Origin: a bacterium
Lineage (GTDB): Bacteria > UBA8248 > JACPRG01 > G963555815
DNA length: 64,000 bases
NCBI GenBank assembly: GCA_965218795.1
Contig: OZ244653.1
Coordinates: 608,001 to 672,000, forward strand
Direction of reading: 5' to 3'
Part shown: piece by piece, positions 18,852 through 28,914 of the stretch
Layout of the letters: the number at the start of each line of letters is the position of its first letter
Position numbering within the stretch: the first letter of the stretch is position 1
Made by a program: the position numbers and the translations under genes
Notes under the pieces: model-generated
The model's database searches: none
Told to the model about the DNA's origin: nothing
What the model saw: the letters and a program-made list of their open reading frames with translations, nothing else

Positions 18852-19592
18852 TTACGACCTTGCAAATTCCTGTCCCGCCGCGCCGGCATAGAGCAAGTGC
18901 TCCAAAATGTAAGCCTCCACCATGTCGGGCACAAGGTATTTAATGCTCCTGCCCGAGGCGAGCCGTTGCCGGATCATGGAGGAGGAAATATCGAAATAGG
19001 GTATATCCTTCAACCAAATCCGGCTTTCGCAAGGCTCCACTTCAACGCCTTCCGCCGCCACCTGATGATCGAAGCCTGTCCGTGCGAAATTCAGCTCCCC
19101 CTTCGGAGTGGTGAGAGATTCTTCCAAAATCCCCAACATCTCATCGACGGACAGCGTCGGACGCCGAACGACCACGAAGTGAGTCAGCCCAAAAAGAGCC
19201 TGTGCGTCCCGCCAGGATCCTATTTGACGAAAGGCGTCCTGGCCAATGATGAAGAAAAACGCTGTATCCGGGGCCTCCTCGTCTTGCAGCGCGCCCAGCG
19301 TGTCGATGGTGTAGCTCACCCCGCCCCGCCGAATTTCCATGTCCCGGACCTCAAGTCTGGGATTCGACAGAATGGCCAATGAAACCATTTTCAATCGATG
19401 CTCGGAGGCAATGAGACACTCATTATCCTTGAGGGGAGGCAGATTGGCCGGAATCAGGATGACCTTATCCAGGCTGAAATCCTTCCCGACCTCTTCGGCC
19501 GCGACCAGGTGCCCCATGTGAATCGGGTTGAACGTGCCCCCTAGAATCCCGATTCGATGGCCGTCGGTCCCCAAGTCAATCGATGATTTCAA
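18852..19592 (-). CDS. nadD: Nicotinate-nucleotide adenylyltransferase
   Basis: GGTFNPIHMGH, SYTIDT, IIGQD, DISSS. Confidence 0.96.
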   Translation of the reverse strand: MKSSIDLGTDGHRIGILGGTFNPIHMGHLVAAEEVGKDFSLDKVILIPANLPPLKDNECLIASEHRLKMVSLAILSNPRLEVRDMEIRRGGVSYTIDTLGALQDEEAPDTAFFFIIGQDAFRQIGSWRDAQALFGLTHFVVVRRPTLSVDEMLGILEESLTTPKGELNFARTGFDHQVAAEGVEVEPCESRIWLKDIPYFDISSSMIRQRLASGRSIKYLVPDMVEAYILEHLLYAGAAGQEFARS

Positions 19593-19604
19593 ACCCGTGT
19601 CGCC

Positions 19605-20732
19605 TTACTGAAGCAGGACAAGGTTATCGCGGTGGATCACTTCGTCGTATCCCTTGAACCCCAAGATGGATTGGATGGCCGATGTCTTTTGACCTTTGAT
19701 CTGCTCCAGGTCTTTGGAGCCGTAATTGACCAGTCCCCGAGCGAACTCATCCCCCATCGGCGTGCAGCACGTCGATGAATCCCCGAATGAGAAAATTCCT
19801 TCCACGGCGATCACACCCGATGGCAGGAGGCTTTTCCCCTTTTCGGTGAGGGCAAGGCGCGCTCCTTCATCCACAATGATCTTGCCTTGGGCCCTACGCG
19901 CAAAGGCTATCCAGCTTTTTCGCCCGCTCATCGGATGATTCTCAGGCCGAAACAATGTCCCGACGGATTCTCCGGCGAGAACCGACGTGAGGATTCCATC
20001 CAGGGTGCCTCCGGTTACGACAGCCGGGATTCCGGCTTCCGTTACGGATTTGACCGCCCGGAGCTTTGTGATCATCCCGCCGGCTCCGAATTCGCTTTTT
20101 CCTTTTTGCGCCATATCCTCGATCCGATCGTCAATCCGATCGACCTCGGGAATGAGCTTAGCGGATTTGGACTTGTTGGGATTGGCCGTGTACAAGCCGT
20201 CCACATCCGTCAGGATGATCAAGAGGTCGGCTTCAATCATCGTCGCGATAAGGGAAGATAAGGTGTCGTTGTCTCCAAACCGTATCTCCTCAACGGAGAC
20301 GGTATCGTTCTCATTCACAATGGGGAGGACGCCCTGATGCAGCATGGCGAAGATCGTATTTCGTGCGTTGAGAAACCGGCCCCGGTGATGGACGTCATCG
20401 TGCGTCAGGAGGATCTGACCCACGGTAATTCGGTCCTTTTCGAAGCACCTTTGATACGCCTGGATCAGACGGCTTTGTCCGACGGCCGCCGCGGCCTGTT
20501 TCAGCGGCATATTATGAGGAATGCGACTGAGTCCCAACGCCTGGACACCCACGCTGACGGCCCCGGACGATACCAAAACGACTTGGCGCCCCTTCGATCG
20601 TATCGCGCTCAGCTGGTTTGCCAGTGAGCGAACGGACGCCTCGTCCAGACCCGCACCGGGAGGGCCTGCCAGAACACTGCTTCCGACCTTGATCACGATC
20701 CGCCGGCATTGGTGAAGTCGCTCTCTGGTCAT
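19605..20732 (-). CDS. proB: Glutamate 5-kinase
   Basis: KVGSS, VSSGA, NENDTV, FGDND, GGMITK, PUA domain; TGATG coupling to obgE. Confidence 0.96.
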   Translation of the reverse strand: MTRERLHQCRRIVIKVGSSVLAGPPGAGLDEASVRSLANQLSAIRSKGRQVVLVSSGAVSVGVQALGLSRIPHNMPLKQAAAAVGQSRLIQAYQRCFEKDRITVGQILLTHDDVHHRGRFLNARNTIFAMLHQGVLPIVNENDTVSVEEIRFGDNDTLSSLIATMIEADLLIILTDVDGLYTANPNKSKSAKLIPEVDRIDDRIEDMAQKGKSEFGAGGMITKLRAVKSVTEAGIPAVVTGGTLDGILTSVLAGESVGTLFRPENHPMSGRKSWIAFARRAQGKIIVDEGARLALTEKGKSLLPSGVIAVEGIFSFGDSSTCCTPMGDEFARGLVNYGSKDLEQIKGQKTSAIQSILGFKGYDEVIHRDNLVLLQ

Positions 20733-21793
20733 CAGCGCACTGTCTGCGTGTCGTGAGTGTCCAACCCGTCCCATCCGTTTCTTTTGATTTGCGAATCCGT
20801 CAACGGTTCGTTCGAGAGAATGCGGCGCACCGCCCGGAGGAGATCGGGAAGGCCTTCTCCCGTGGCGGCCGAAATCGCAATCACTTCCTCAGCCGTGACC
20901 GGCTGCCCGAAATTCGGCATGGCGTGACGGGCTTCCGGCAGGTCGATCTTGTTGGCCGCAACGATCACCGGTTTTTCCAACAAGGATTTATCGAACAAAC
21001 CCAGCTCGGCCATGACGGCGCCGTAATTTTTCATCGGATCCCCTTCCGGCGGGAAGAGGTCCACCACGTGGATAAGGACCCGCGTTCTCTGTATGTGCCG
21101 GAGAAAGTGTGCGCCCAGCCCTTTACCGACATGGGCTCCCTCGATAAGGCCCGGAATGTCGGCTGCCACACAGGACTCGTAATCGCCCAGATCCACAATG
21201 CCCAAGACTGGCTCCAATGTGGAGAACGGGTAGTCTGCAATCCGGGGGGTGGAGTTGCTGATACGGGCGAGGAGCGAGGATTTCCCGGCGTTGGGCGCGC
21301 CGACGATACCAACATCGGCCAGCAGGCGCAACTCGAGCCGCAACAACCTTTTTTCGCCAGCCACTCCTTTTCCGGCCCGCCGGGGAGCGCGCTGTGTGGA
21401 AGACTTGAAGCGGGCGTTGCCCCGTCCGCCCCGTCCGCCGCGCGCCACCACGACCTCATCTCCCTCGGCAGCAAGGTCAAAGAGGTTCTCGTCCGAGGCG
21501 TCATCCATGACCAGCGTCCCCACAGGAACCTCGAACCGTATATCCGGCCCTTTTCGGCCGTGCTGGTCCTGCCCCCGTCCGGGGGTTCCACTCCGGGCCG
21601 CAATCCGGTTCTTGTTTCGGAAGACAAGCAGGGTGCTGGCGGAGGATGATGCGAGAAGCCGAACATCCCCCCCATCGCCTCCGTCGCCTCCGTCCGGGCC
21701 GCCTCTGGGGACGTATTTTTCCCGCCGGAAGCTGACGCAACCCCGGCCGCCGTCTCCACCTTGAACGATGATGCGAGCCGAGTCGATAAACAT
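20732..21793 (-). CDS. obgE: GTPase Obg/CgtA
   Basis: MFIDSA..GDGGRGCVSFRREK, GAPNAGKSS, DIPGLIEGA, NKID. Confidence 0.97.
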   Translation of the reverse strand: MFIDSARIIVQGGDGGRGCVSFRREKYVPRGGPDGGDGGDGGDVRLLASSSASTLLVFRNKNRIAARSGTPGRGQDQHGRKGPDIRFEVPVGTLVMDDASDENLFDLAAEGDEVVVARGGRGGRGNARFKSSTQRAPRRAGKGVAGEKRLLRLELRLLADVGIVGAPNAGKSSLLARISNSTPRIADYPFSTLEPVLGIVDLGDYESCVAADIPGLIEGAHVGKGLGAHFLRHIQRTRVLIHVVDLFPPEGDPMKNYGAVMAELGLFDKSLLEKPVIVAANKIDLPEARHAMPNFGQPVTAEEVIAISAATGEGLPDLLRAVRRILSNEPLTDSQIKRNGWDGLDTHDTQTVR

Positions 21794-21806
21794 TGTCGTT
21801 GGGGGC

Positions 21807-22076
21807 TTAGCCGGATTCCGAGGACACCTCGACGATGTGGACGAATTTGCGGCCGCCGCGTCCGGTTTGGAACTTGACCTGGCCGCTTCGTTTGGCGAAA
21901 AGCGTATAGTCGCCGCCGGTTCCGACGCCTTCGCCGGCGTGATAGGAGGTCCCGCGCTGGCGGACAATAATGGTTCCGGCATTGACTTGCTGGCCCCCGA
22001 AACGTTTGATTCCGAGGCGTTTTCCTGCGCTGTCCCGTCCGTTTTGCGAACTCCCGCCAGCCTTCTTGTGAGCCAT
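21807..22076 (-). CDS. rpmA: 50S ribosomal protein L27
   Basis: [24 protein letters not shown]. Confidence 0.98.
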   Translation of the reverse strand: MAHKKAGGSSQNGRDSAGKRLGIKRFGGQQVNAGTIIVRQRGTSYHAGEGVGTGGDYTLFAKRSGQVKFQTGRGGRKFVHIVEVSSESG

Positions 22077-22089
22077 TTGAATACCCTCC

Positions 22090-22404
22090 TCAGGAGGAGG
22101 CGATTTCCGTTATCCGGACCGCCGTGAAATACTGCCGGTGTCCATTCTTGCGTCTGTAGTTCTTCCGACGCTTCTTCTTGAAGACGATGATCTTCTTATC
22201 ACGCCCTCGATTCACAATGACGCCCTTGACGTGAGCTTTTTGCAGGTTGGCTGGAGAGGCTGCCAGATTCTCTCCCGAGCCAACGGCGAGAACCTTGGGA
22301 AAGGTGATTTCCTGGCCGATTTCGCCTTCTATTTTCTGAAGGTGGACAATCTCTCCCTCTGCGACGCGGTGTTGATGCCCACCAGTGTCAATTACGGCAT
22401 ACAC
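22090..22404 (-). CDS. rplU: 50S ribosomal protein L21
   Basis: [30 protein letters not shown]. Confidence 0.98.
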   Translation of the reverse strand: MYAVIDTGGHQHRVAEGEIVHLQKIEGEIGQEITFPKVLAVGSGENLAASPANLQKAHVKGVIVNRGRDKKIIVFKKKRRKNYRRKNGHRQYFTAVRITEIASS

Positions 22405-22500
22405 GATAACCCACTCCCTGGAATTCTCAGGAATTTCAGGAATCAGTGAACGACTGAAGACTCCATCGAACGAAACGCATTTCTTCTGTCAAACCACCGA

Positions 22501-22529
22501 AATTTAGACCGATTACGGGGATCTGTCAA
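22501..22529 (-). promoter_or_regulatory. Sigma70-type promoter of the rplU operon
   Basis: TTGACA-N17-TAAATT on the minus strand. Confidence 0.65.
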
Positions 22530-22559
22530 GGAGGATTTACCGTCTCCATCGCCGGGTTG

Positions 22560-23180
22560 GGAAGAATGGGCCAGCGGTCAAAATCCGGGTTTGACGGCTA
22601 CTTTCGCATTCTTTGCAACATTCCGATTTCCAAGGCAAGCGCAGCACCGGTCGGGACGGGCCCCATGAAGACCAAACGAGAAGAATCCCCCCGGCGAACA
22701 GACCGATCCCTTCATCCCATCTCGGTTGCTCTTCATGAAGTGACCCGTCAGAGCGGAGCCCGCCGCCATAACCCCCAGGGCCGTCGAAATGAAGGCCGGT
22801 GCCAGGGGATACGCCCCCGACGACTTTCTTCCCTCGAAGGTCCGAAATGTTGCGACATCCCGGATGCCTTTGTGGTGACGATTCGTACGGGTTCCGGGTA
22901 CAGGGAAGCGATGGCCAGCAGGTTTTTTACGGGCCGCTTCCCCTTGAAAAATCCCGTGCCGGTATAGGCCCAGTTGGCCACGTTGTTCTGAATGAAGGCC
23001 GACTCGATGGCCCGGCGGGCGATGAGGTTGCCGTTGGCCACCGAGGCGTTTCCGGTTTGCGCGGTGGTGACCAGGCCCGGGATTCTCTCAGGCAAGGCGG
23101 CTGCCAGTGCTCCCCCCAAGGGGTAATAGGTCCCCCCGGTCCCTACCCGCAACAGCCCAGGATGAAAAACGAGGACACGA
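22560..23180 (-). pseudogene. TAXI-family TRAP substrate-binding protein remnant
   Basis: GTGGTYYPLG, GNASVAN, ASLYPE, then a frameshift into NISDLRGKKV; no intact N- or C-terminus. Confidence 0.8.
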
Positions 23181-23355
23181 GATATCCGCGCCTGCAATGA
23201 ACTGTACGGCACGCAAGGCGCCCTTGAGAGAGAGCTTGTTCCGTAATTCTTCCTGTAAGGACTTTGCTTGTCGGGTTTTCACCCGCCAAGAGTGAAGCTG
23301 GAGGCTTTGCAACGGTCCCGGTAACGTGGAGAAGGTGCGTCCCCAAGGTCTGCAA

Positions 23356-23550
23356 TCATTCTTCTAACCCCTGGGATGTAGTTTCGTCCGCTTCGGCATC
23401 CTCTTCCAAAGCCCTCTGTATTTCTTCCCTGACCGACGAACGGATGTGCTTCGGGTCCCTGGACCATTCCGGAATCTCCTGCCCTCTTCGAGAAGGGACA
23501 TACTTCCGGCTCATTCGTCTGACACGCTTCACCCGGTCATCTTCACTCAC
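23356..23550 (-). CDS. Small charged hypothetical protein (64 aa)
   Basis: GTG start with upstream GAGGA; no family recognised. Confidence 0.45.
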   Translation of the reverse strand: MSEDDRVKRVRRMSRKYVPSRRGQEIPEWSRDPKHIRSSVREEIQRALEEDAEADETTSQGLEE

Positions 23551-23767
23551 AGCCGGAAGTCCTCATCAGCGCGAATCCAGTCTACCCCAGTCCCATTCTA
23601 CTTCATCTTAACGGATTCCGTGCGCTCCATTGAACCCTGTGCGCGGTTGGAAATCAGAGCGGTTGTCCGGCGAGAGAGATTCTCTTATACTCGCATGTCG
23701 CGTTTCGACTGAAGAGCGGGATATCCCCCCGACCATTCAATGAATTTCTGCGGGAGCGATCTTGACC

Positions 23768-24157
23768 ATGTCCAAACAAGTGATCCAACCGAAGAACATG
23801 CCTGTTCCGGCGGCGCCTTATTCCCCGGGAATCAAGAAGGGAAACTTCATTTTTACGTCCGGCCAGGTGGCCAATGACTCCAGTGGTACCTTGGTCGGCA
23901 TTGGAGACGTCAAGGCCCAGACCGATCAGTGCCTGGCCAACATTGAAACCATTTTGAAAGAGGCCGGCGCCGGCAAGGAAGATATCCTCAAGTGCGTCGT
24001 TTTTCTGTCCGACATTCGTTACTTTCAGGATATGAACGAAGCCTACGCCAAGTTCTTCGAGGGGACGGATAAACCGGGCCGTTCTACGGTTCAGGCACCC
24101 TTGGCCCGTCCCGAGATGCTCGTAGAGATCGAGGCCGTCGCCTACGTTGGCGACTAG
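23768..24157 (+). CDS. RidA/YjgF family protein, copy 1
   Basis: APYSPG, SGQV, MNEAY, PGRST, VEIEA. Confidence 0.92.
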   Translation: MSKQVIQPKNMPVPAAPYSPGIKKGNFIFTSGQVANDSSGTLVGIGDVKAQTDQCLANIETILKEAGAGKEDILKCVVFLSDIRYFQDMNEAYAKFFEGTDKPGRSTVQAPLARPEMLVEIEAVAYVGD

Positions 24158-24165
24158 GAGGAGTC

Positions 24166-24549
24166 ATGCCAAAGACGATCATCGAATCTGAAGGCTCGGC
24201 CGCGATCGGCCCATACTCTCCCGGCGCCGGAGCCGAAGGGCTGTTCTTTTTGTCCGGAAAAGCCGCCCTCGACGAGGAGGGTAACGTCATCGCTCGCGGA
24301 GACGTGCGGGGCCAGACCGAAGCAACGTTGAAGGCCGTCGAAAAGGTCCTCTTGGATGCCGGGGGCACGCTCAGCGACATCGTCAAGACGACGGTGTTCT
24401 TGTCGGACATGCGCCATTACGAAGGGATGAACGAGGTATACGGAAATATGCTTCCCAAGGATCGGCCCGCGCGTTCGACGATTTTGATGGTTCCGCCCGC
24501 AGTGGACCTGCTGGTCGAGATCGATGTCATTGCCGTGATTGGAGAATGA
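24166..24549 (+). CDS. RidA/YjgF family protein, copy 2
   Basis: GPYSPG, SGKA, MNEVY, PARST, VEIDV; AGGAGG RBS. Confidence 0.92.
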   Translation: MPKTIIESEGSAAIGPYSPGAGAEGLFFLSGKAALDEEGNVIARGDVRGQTEATLKAVEKVLLDAGGTLSDIVKTTVFLSDMRHYEGMNEVYGNMLPKDRPARSTILMVPPAVDLLVEIDVIAVIGE

Positions 24550-24553
24550 GGGG

Positions 24554-24940
24554 ATGGGTCGAACGATCATCACGATGGAAGACGGCTCGAAAGCCGTCGG
24601 ACCGTATTCTTCGGGGGGCATCGGCGGCTCACTGGTTTACTCCTCGGGCCAGACCTCTCTGGACCGGGACGGAAACGTCGTTGGCATTGGGGACGTGAGC
24701 GTACAAACCACTGAGACGATGAAGAATCTGATCGCCGCCTTGGCTGCGGGGGGCGCTTCGGTGGAGGATATTGTTAAGACGACGGTGTTTCTGCCGGATA
24801 TCCGGGATTTTGCGGAAATGAATGAAGCCTACGCAAAGTTTTTCCCCAAGGATCCTCCGGCTCGATCCACTATCCAGGCCGCCTTGGCGCTCCCGGAATT
24901 GCTGGTGGAGATAGAGGCGATCGCTGTGCTGGACGACTAA
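24554..24940 (+). CDS. RidA/YjgF family protein, copy 3
   Basis: GPYSSG, SGQT, MNEAY, PPARST, VEIEA. Confidence 0.92.
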   Translation: MGRTIITMEDGSKAVGPYSSGGIGGSLVYSSGQTSLDRDGNVVGIGDVSVQTTETMKNLIAALAAGGASVEDIVKTTVFLPDIRDFAEMNEAYAKFFPKDPPARSTIQAALALPELLVEIEAIAVLDD

Positions 24941-25065
24941 TGTTTTGAAGGAACCCCGTTCCGGAAGGCCTCGATATCCCGAAACGGGATGCAAGGGAGG
25001 TGGAGGAGTGGTTCAGTGCTGAGGCTTGATCCCCAAGCGTAGCAGGTGGTTCATCCCGGGTGGAA

Positions 25066-25365
25066 TCAGCTGAGGTCCCTGTCTTGTCCATAGACCTTAT
25101 GTGAAGGCCGGTTTTCGAGAATTCCGTCAAGCCCCCAGTTGGTGACCTGCTTGAACAAATCGCTTTTGATGAAGCTGGCAAAATCTTCCCGTTGTTCCCA
25201 CTCGGAGAGTATGGCGTAGGAGTTCGGGCGCTTGACTTGGTGATACAGATAGCTGACCTTATGCCCGGGTTGTCCCTCCAGGACGTCCAGCACCTCCTCG
25301 AATTTCTCCTCGAATCGATCTTCATTCCCCGGCTTGACGTCGTAGTAAAGTCCCACCGTAATCAT
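25066..25365 (-). CDS. Antibiotic biosynthesis monooxygenase (ABM) domain protein
   Basis: YDVKPG.E..FE..F....L..QPG, SEW...EDF..F..SD.F. Confidence 0.8.
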   Translation of the reverse strand: MITVGLYYDVKPGNEDRFEEKFEEVLDVLEGQPGHKVSYLYHQVKRPNSYAILSEWEQREDFASFIKSDLFKQVTNWGLDGILENRPSHKVYGQDRDLS

Positions 25366-25623
25366 TCTCTTTTTGATTCCCCCAATCGGCTCTGTTCTGG
25401 ATGGAGACGGGAATCCGTTCCCATGATATGAAAATGCGTCCGGTCGCTTCACCGTAGAAGATCGATATTCCTAAGTCAACGATTTCGGCTCCGATCCGTC
25501 GATTGGTTGGCCGGAACTTTTTGCCTATATACCACGTTTGTATCTTTCAGTGTTTCGATACGGGAGATAGCCGATTGGAAGGAAACCCGGGCGACTGCTC
25601 GGAGGAGATGAAAAGGAAAGGTC

Positions 25624-26880
25624 ATGGACATCCAAACAGGTATGCTCAGCAATGGCATCCGAATCGTCACTCAAAAGCGGTTCGGAAGCGAGGCGGTGGC
25701 GTTTCACATCTATTTTGGATGCGGCGGGAGGCACGAACCCGACGAGGTGGTGGGCGTTTCGCATGCGCTCGAGCACATGATATTCAAAGGTACCCCCACG
25801 CGAACGTACCTGCAAATTGCTGAGGAAATGGAGGGCGTCGGGGCGTCAATCAATGCCAATACAGGGTCTGAGCGCACCTGCTATTTCTTTGTGGCTCCGG
25901 TCGAGGTGCTGGGCAAGGTTCTTCCGGTTTATGCCGATGCCATCCATAACAGCTTGTTGGACGCGGACGAATGGGAGAAGGAAAGGCATGTCATCCTCGA
26001 AGAGCTGAAGATGTACGAAGACATGCCTCGTTTCGTGGTCAGCGACAGGCTGGAAACGACCATGTTCAATCTTCAGGTGGGGGTCATCGGTTCCCAGGAG
26101 ACCATCCAGGCGATTCAGACGGAAGACATGCGGCAATTGATAGCCCGGTGGTATGGCTCGGACAATACGGTCATTTCCGCCGCCGGCGGCATCGACCACG
26201 ACGCCGTGATGGAGATTGCGGATCGGTATTTCGGATCGCGTTCGGAAAGCGGCGCCAAGGCCGAATGGCCGAAATTGCCGGGCAAGAGCAGCCAGCCGAT
26301 TTGCGGTGTCGTCCGTCAGACGGATCAAGTGAATCTGGCCATCGGATTCCGGTCGTTCGGGCTGTCGCATCCGAATCTTCCCGCCCTCCGTCTGATGAAT
26401 GACATCCTGGGCGGAAAGATGTCGAGCCGTCTTTTTGATGAAGTGAGAGAAAAGCGGGGACTGGCCTACAGCGTCCACTCGCGCGTCCACCCATTGACGG
26501 ATACGGGATATCTGGAGCTGAAGGCGGGCGTTGCCCTGGACAAAGCAGTGGAAGCGACCCGGGTCATCCTGGGAGAGACCGCGCGACTGCGGGAGCAGCC
26601 CGTGGGGGAAGAGGAACTGATTTCGGCGAAGAAACATCTGCGGGGCCTTCTTCTCATACAGGAGGAGTCCAGTGAATTTGCCGACCGGAACGGGGAGAGC
26701 CTTCTGCTGGAAGGGGAGGTGAAGACCCTTGAGAAAGAGCTCGCAGCGATTGAGCGTGTCAGCCGCGAAGACATCCGGCAGGTGGCGAACGATATCTTTG
26801 TCGACGAGGAATTAACGTCCGCTTTTGTTGCCGAGCGAGACCTCAGTGATGTGCTCACTCCAGTCTTGAGAGTCGAATGA
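25624..26880 (+). CDS. M16 family zinc peptidase
   Basis: HALEH inverzincin motif, NANTG.ERTCY, SSRLFDEVREKRGLAY. Confidence 0.94.
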   Translation: MDIQTGMLSNGIRIVTQKRFGSEAVAFHIYFGCGGRHEPDEVVGVSHALEHMIFKGTPTRTYLQIAEEMEGVGASINANTGSERTCYFFVAPVEVLGKVLPVYADAIHNSLLDADEWEKERHVILEELKMYEDMPRFVVSDRLETTMFNLQVGVIGSQETIQAIQTEDMRQLIARWYGSDNTVISAAGGIDHDAVMEIADRYFGSRSESGAKAEWPKLPGKSSQPICGVVRQTDQVNLAIGFRSFGLSHPNLPALRLMNDILGGKMSSRLFDEVREKRGLAYSVHSRVHPLTDTGYLELKAGVALDKAVEATRVILGETARLREQPVGEEELISAKKHLRGLLLIQEESSEFADRNGESLLLEGEVKTLEKELAAIERVSREDIRQVANDIFVDEELTSAFVAERDLSDVLTPVLRVE

Positions 26881-27160
26881 TACTGCCATGATGTGAAATT
26901 CGATGGGCCGAGGTGACGTCAGTCCATCCGAAACATTCTTACCCCGCTGGTCCGAATTTTCGCCGAATTGTCGTTTCCGTATTTGCTATAATTGGATTTG
27001 CTTTTTCGCCAGGGTATGTTCAGATTGGGTGGAAAAGGCGGCGGCGAGGGTCGTCCAGTGCTTGATTGATAGGCCGGATCTCCAGGAAAGAATCACCATT
27101 CATTGGAATGGGCGACATTGGATTGAGGGGTCCGTCAGCGCAAGAATTTCGGGGCTTGGA

Positions 27161-28585
27161 ATGATGAAGGTTCCCATCCTCGTGTCGGTCAGTCCGTGTC
27201 TCGTCGCGGGATTGTTATGCGCGGGCTCAGGGTGGTCAGAAAAGGGTGCTCCTTGTCCGAAAACGGGTGAAAAATTTTTGTCGGCAGCGAGGTTCGCGGT
27301 GAGGCCCTTTGTGCGGGAAAGCCTGTTCCGTAAAGCGATCGCTCAATGTCCAAAGGACGCGCGCGCCTATTATCTGCTGGGGCGTCATTATCAGGCGCTT
27401 CATCTGCGATCGAAGGCAAGCCAAGCCTACCAGTCCGCTCTGGAGCGCCTGCCGGAGGCCACCGACATCCTGCGGCAAATCGGAAGGCTCGATCCTCGGA
27501 GGCCCAAAGAGGCGATTTGGAGCGTAATAGGGAATCTTATCCCACCCAAGGAAAGAGGAGAGAGCGGCAATCCGGAGTCACGGTCCCTTCAGAACCTCCT
27601 GGGAAAGATGTCCAGTGACCCCGAAGACCGATTGACCTTGGCAAAGGAATTGACCAGCCTCGCAGAGAGTAGGATGCGCCGAAATCAGAGCAGCTTGCCA
27701 CTCCTGTTGCGTGCAATCGAGCTCGTTCCGACCTACGAGCGTGCCCGGAACTTTGTCTTGCAACGTTTCTGGGATAAGGGTGAATATCTATTTCATGGCG
27801 AATGGTATGACAAGGCGGCAAAAGAGTATCAAGAAGCGTTGATCTACGCGCCGAACGATCCAAGGCTACATCTGAGGCTGGCGGACACGTACAGTCGAAT
27901 GAAGGGTGCCGAGAGTGATGCCCTCAGGCACTACCGGCAGGCGGACACTTTTTTCGCGCAACGGCGGACCAGTGTCATACCGGGCGATGACCAGGTATCC
28001 ATCCGCCAGAAAATTCAGTGGGGTCTGGACAAGTTTGATGAAAATCGTCCGGCCTATCGAAAAAAGCGGGGTGACAAGGCACGAAAGCGAGGAAAAACGT
28101 ACCTGGACAAGGCCGACTACAAAAGGGCAGCCGTCGCGTTCAAGAAAGCGATTGGTTGGATGCCCGGCGATGCGCTCCTACACTTTGATCTGGCGACGAC
28201 GCTGAAGCAGTTAGAGGACCCGCGGTCCGACAGGGAGGCCCTTCAGCACTATGAGCGCTCTCTCGCACTGTTCCGAACAAGCCCTCCGCCGGAGGCGGCA
28301 AACCTGAAAAAGCGGTTTGAGAAGCGAATCCAATTGGAGATTGCCCATCTCACAGGAGAGAGCAGCTCAATGTATTACCTGATGCAGCAAGTGGCCCTAG
28401 GGGTTCAGGAACGCGCTGTTGAATTGTCCCTCTTTGTTCTCGCCTTCGCGGGGATTACGGTATACTTACTGCGCGCTGGCATGCGGATTAGCAGCCCTAG
28501 AGCCGAGGGGCCCCTATCCCACCCAATAGTCCGGCAGCCCACCATCTTGACTTCCGAATCTGCCAGCTTGACGACCCAGCAGTAG
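27161..28585 (+). CDS. Exported TPR protein with C-terminal membrane anchor (paralog of 8807..10237)
   Basis: Signal-like N-terminus, TPRs, LSLFVLAFAGITVYLLR TM segment; start codon uncertain. Confidence 0.8.
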   Translation: MMKVPILVSVSPCLVAGLLCAGSGWSEKGAPCPKTGEKFLSAARFAVRPFVRESLFRKAIAQCPKDARAYYLLGRHYQALHLRSKASQAYQSALERLPEATDILRQIGRLDPRRPKEAIWSVIGNLIPPKERGESGNPESRSLQNLLGKMSSDPEDRLTLAKELTSLAESRMRRNQSSLPLLLRAIELVPTYERARNFVLQRFWDKGEYLFHGEWYDKAAKEYQEALIYAPNDPRLHLRLADTYSRMKGAESDALRHYRQADTFFAQRRTSVIPGDDQVSIRQKIQWGLDKFDENRPAYRKKRGDKARKRGKTYLDKADYKRAAVAFKKAIGWMPGDALLHFDLATTLKQLEDPRSDREALQHYERSLALFRTSPPPEAANLKKRFEKRIQLEIAHLTGESSSMYYLMQQVALGVQERAVELSLFVLAFAGITVYLLRAGMRISSPRAEGPLSHPIVRQPTILTSESASLTTQQ

Positions 28586-28857
28586 TTTTCCCACCGATCG
28601 AAGCGCCACATTCTGTCCAGGACCAGATTGTGTTTGACGTAATAAACGCCGCGGGAGGCCCTTTTGGCAATCCAGTCGTAAGACCGGCCATCGGTTTGGG
28701 CGGCGCCTTCGATCAGGTTGGTGACGGTGCGCTCTTTGACCATTTCAATTGCCTTGAGCCCGTCCATCGATTCTTTGACGCTGATTCCCCACTGGTAGAC
28801 CAGACCCAGAAAGATGGCCACCACGATATACCCAAGGATTTTCAGCTCATGGTTCAT
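28405..28857 (-). CDS. Hypothetical single-pass membrane protein
   Basis: N-terminal TM ILGYIVVAIFLGLVYQW; co-directional with the upstream GT2; overlaps the TPR gene 3' end. Confidence 0.55.
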   Translation of the reverse strand: MNHELKILGYIVVAIFLGLVYQWGISVKESMDGLKAIEMVKERTVTNLIEGAAQTDGRSYDWIAKRASRGVYYVKHNLVLDRMWRFDRWENYCWVVKLADSEVKMVGCRTIGWDRGPSALGLLIRMPARSKYTVIPAKARTKRDNSTARS

Positions 28858-28914
28858 ATTTTGAGGGGGCTTCATCTATCTTCCGTAGGCTTCTGTCGTA
28901 TTGGCTCTTAAAGA

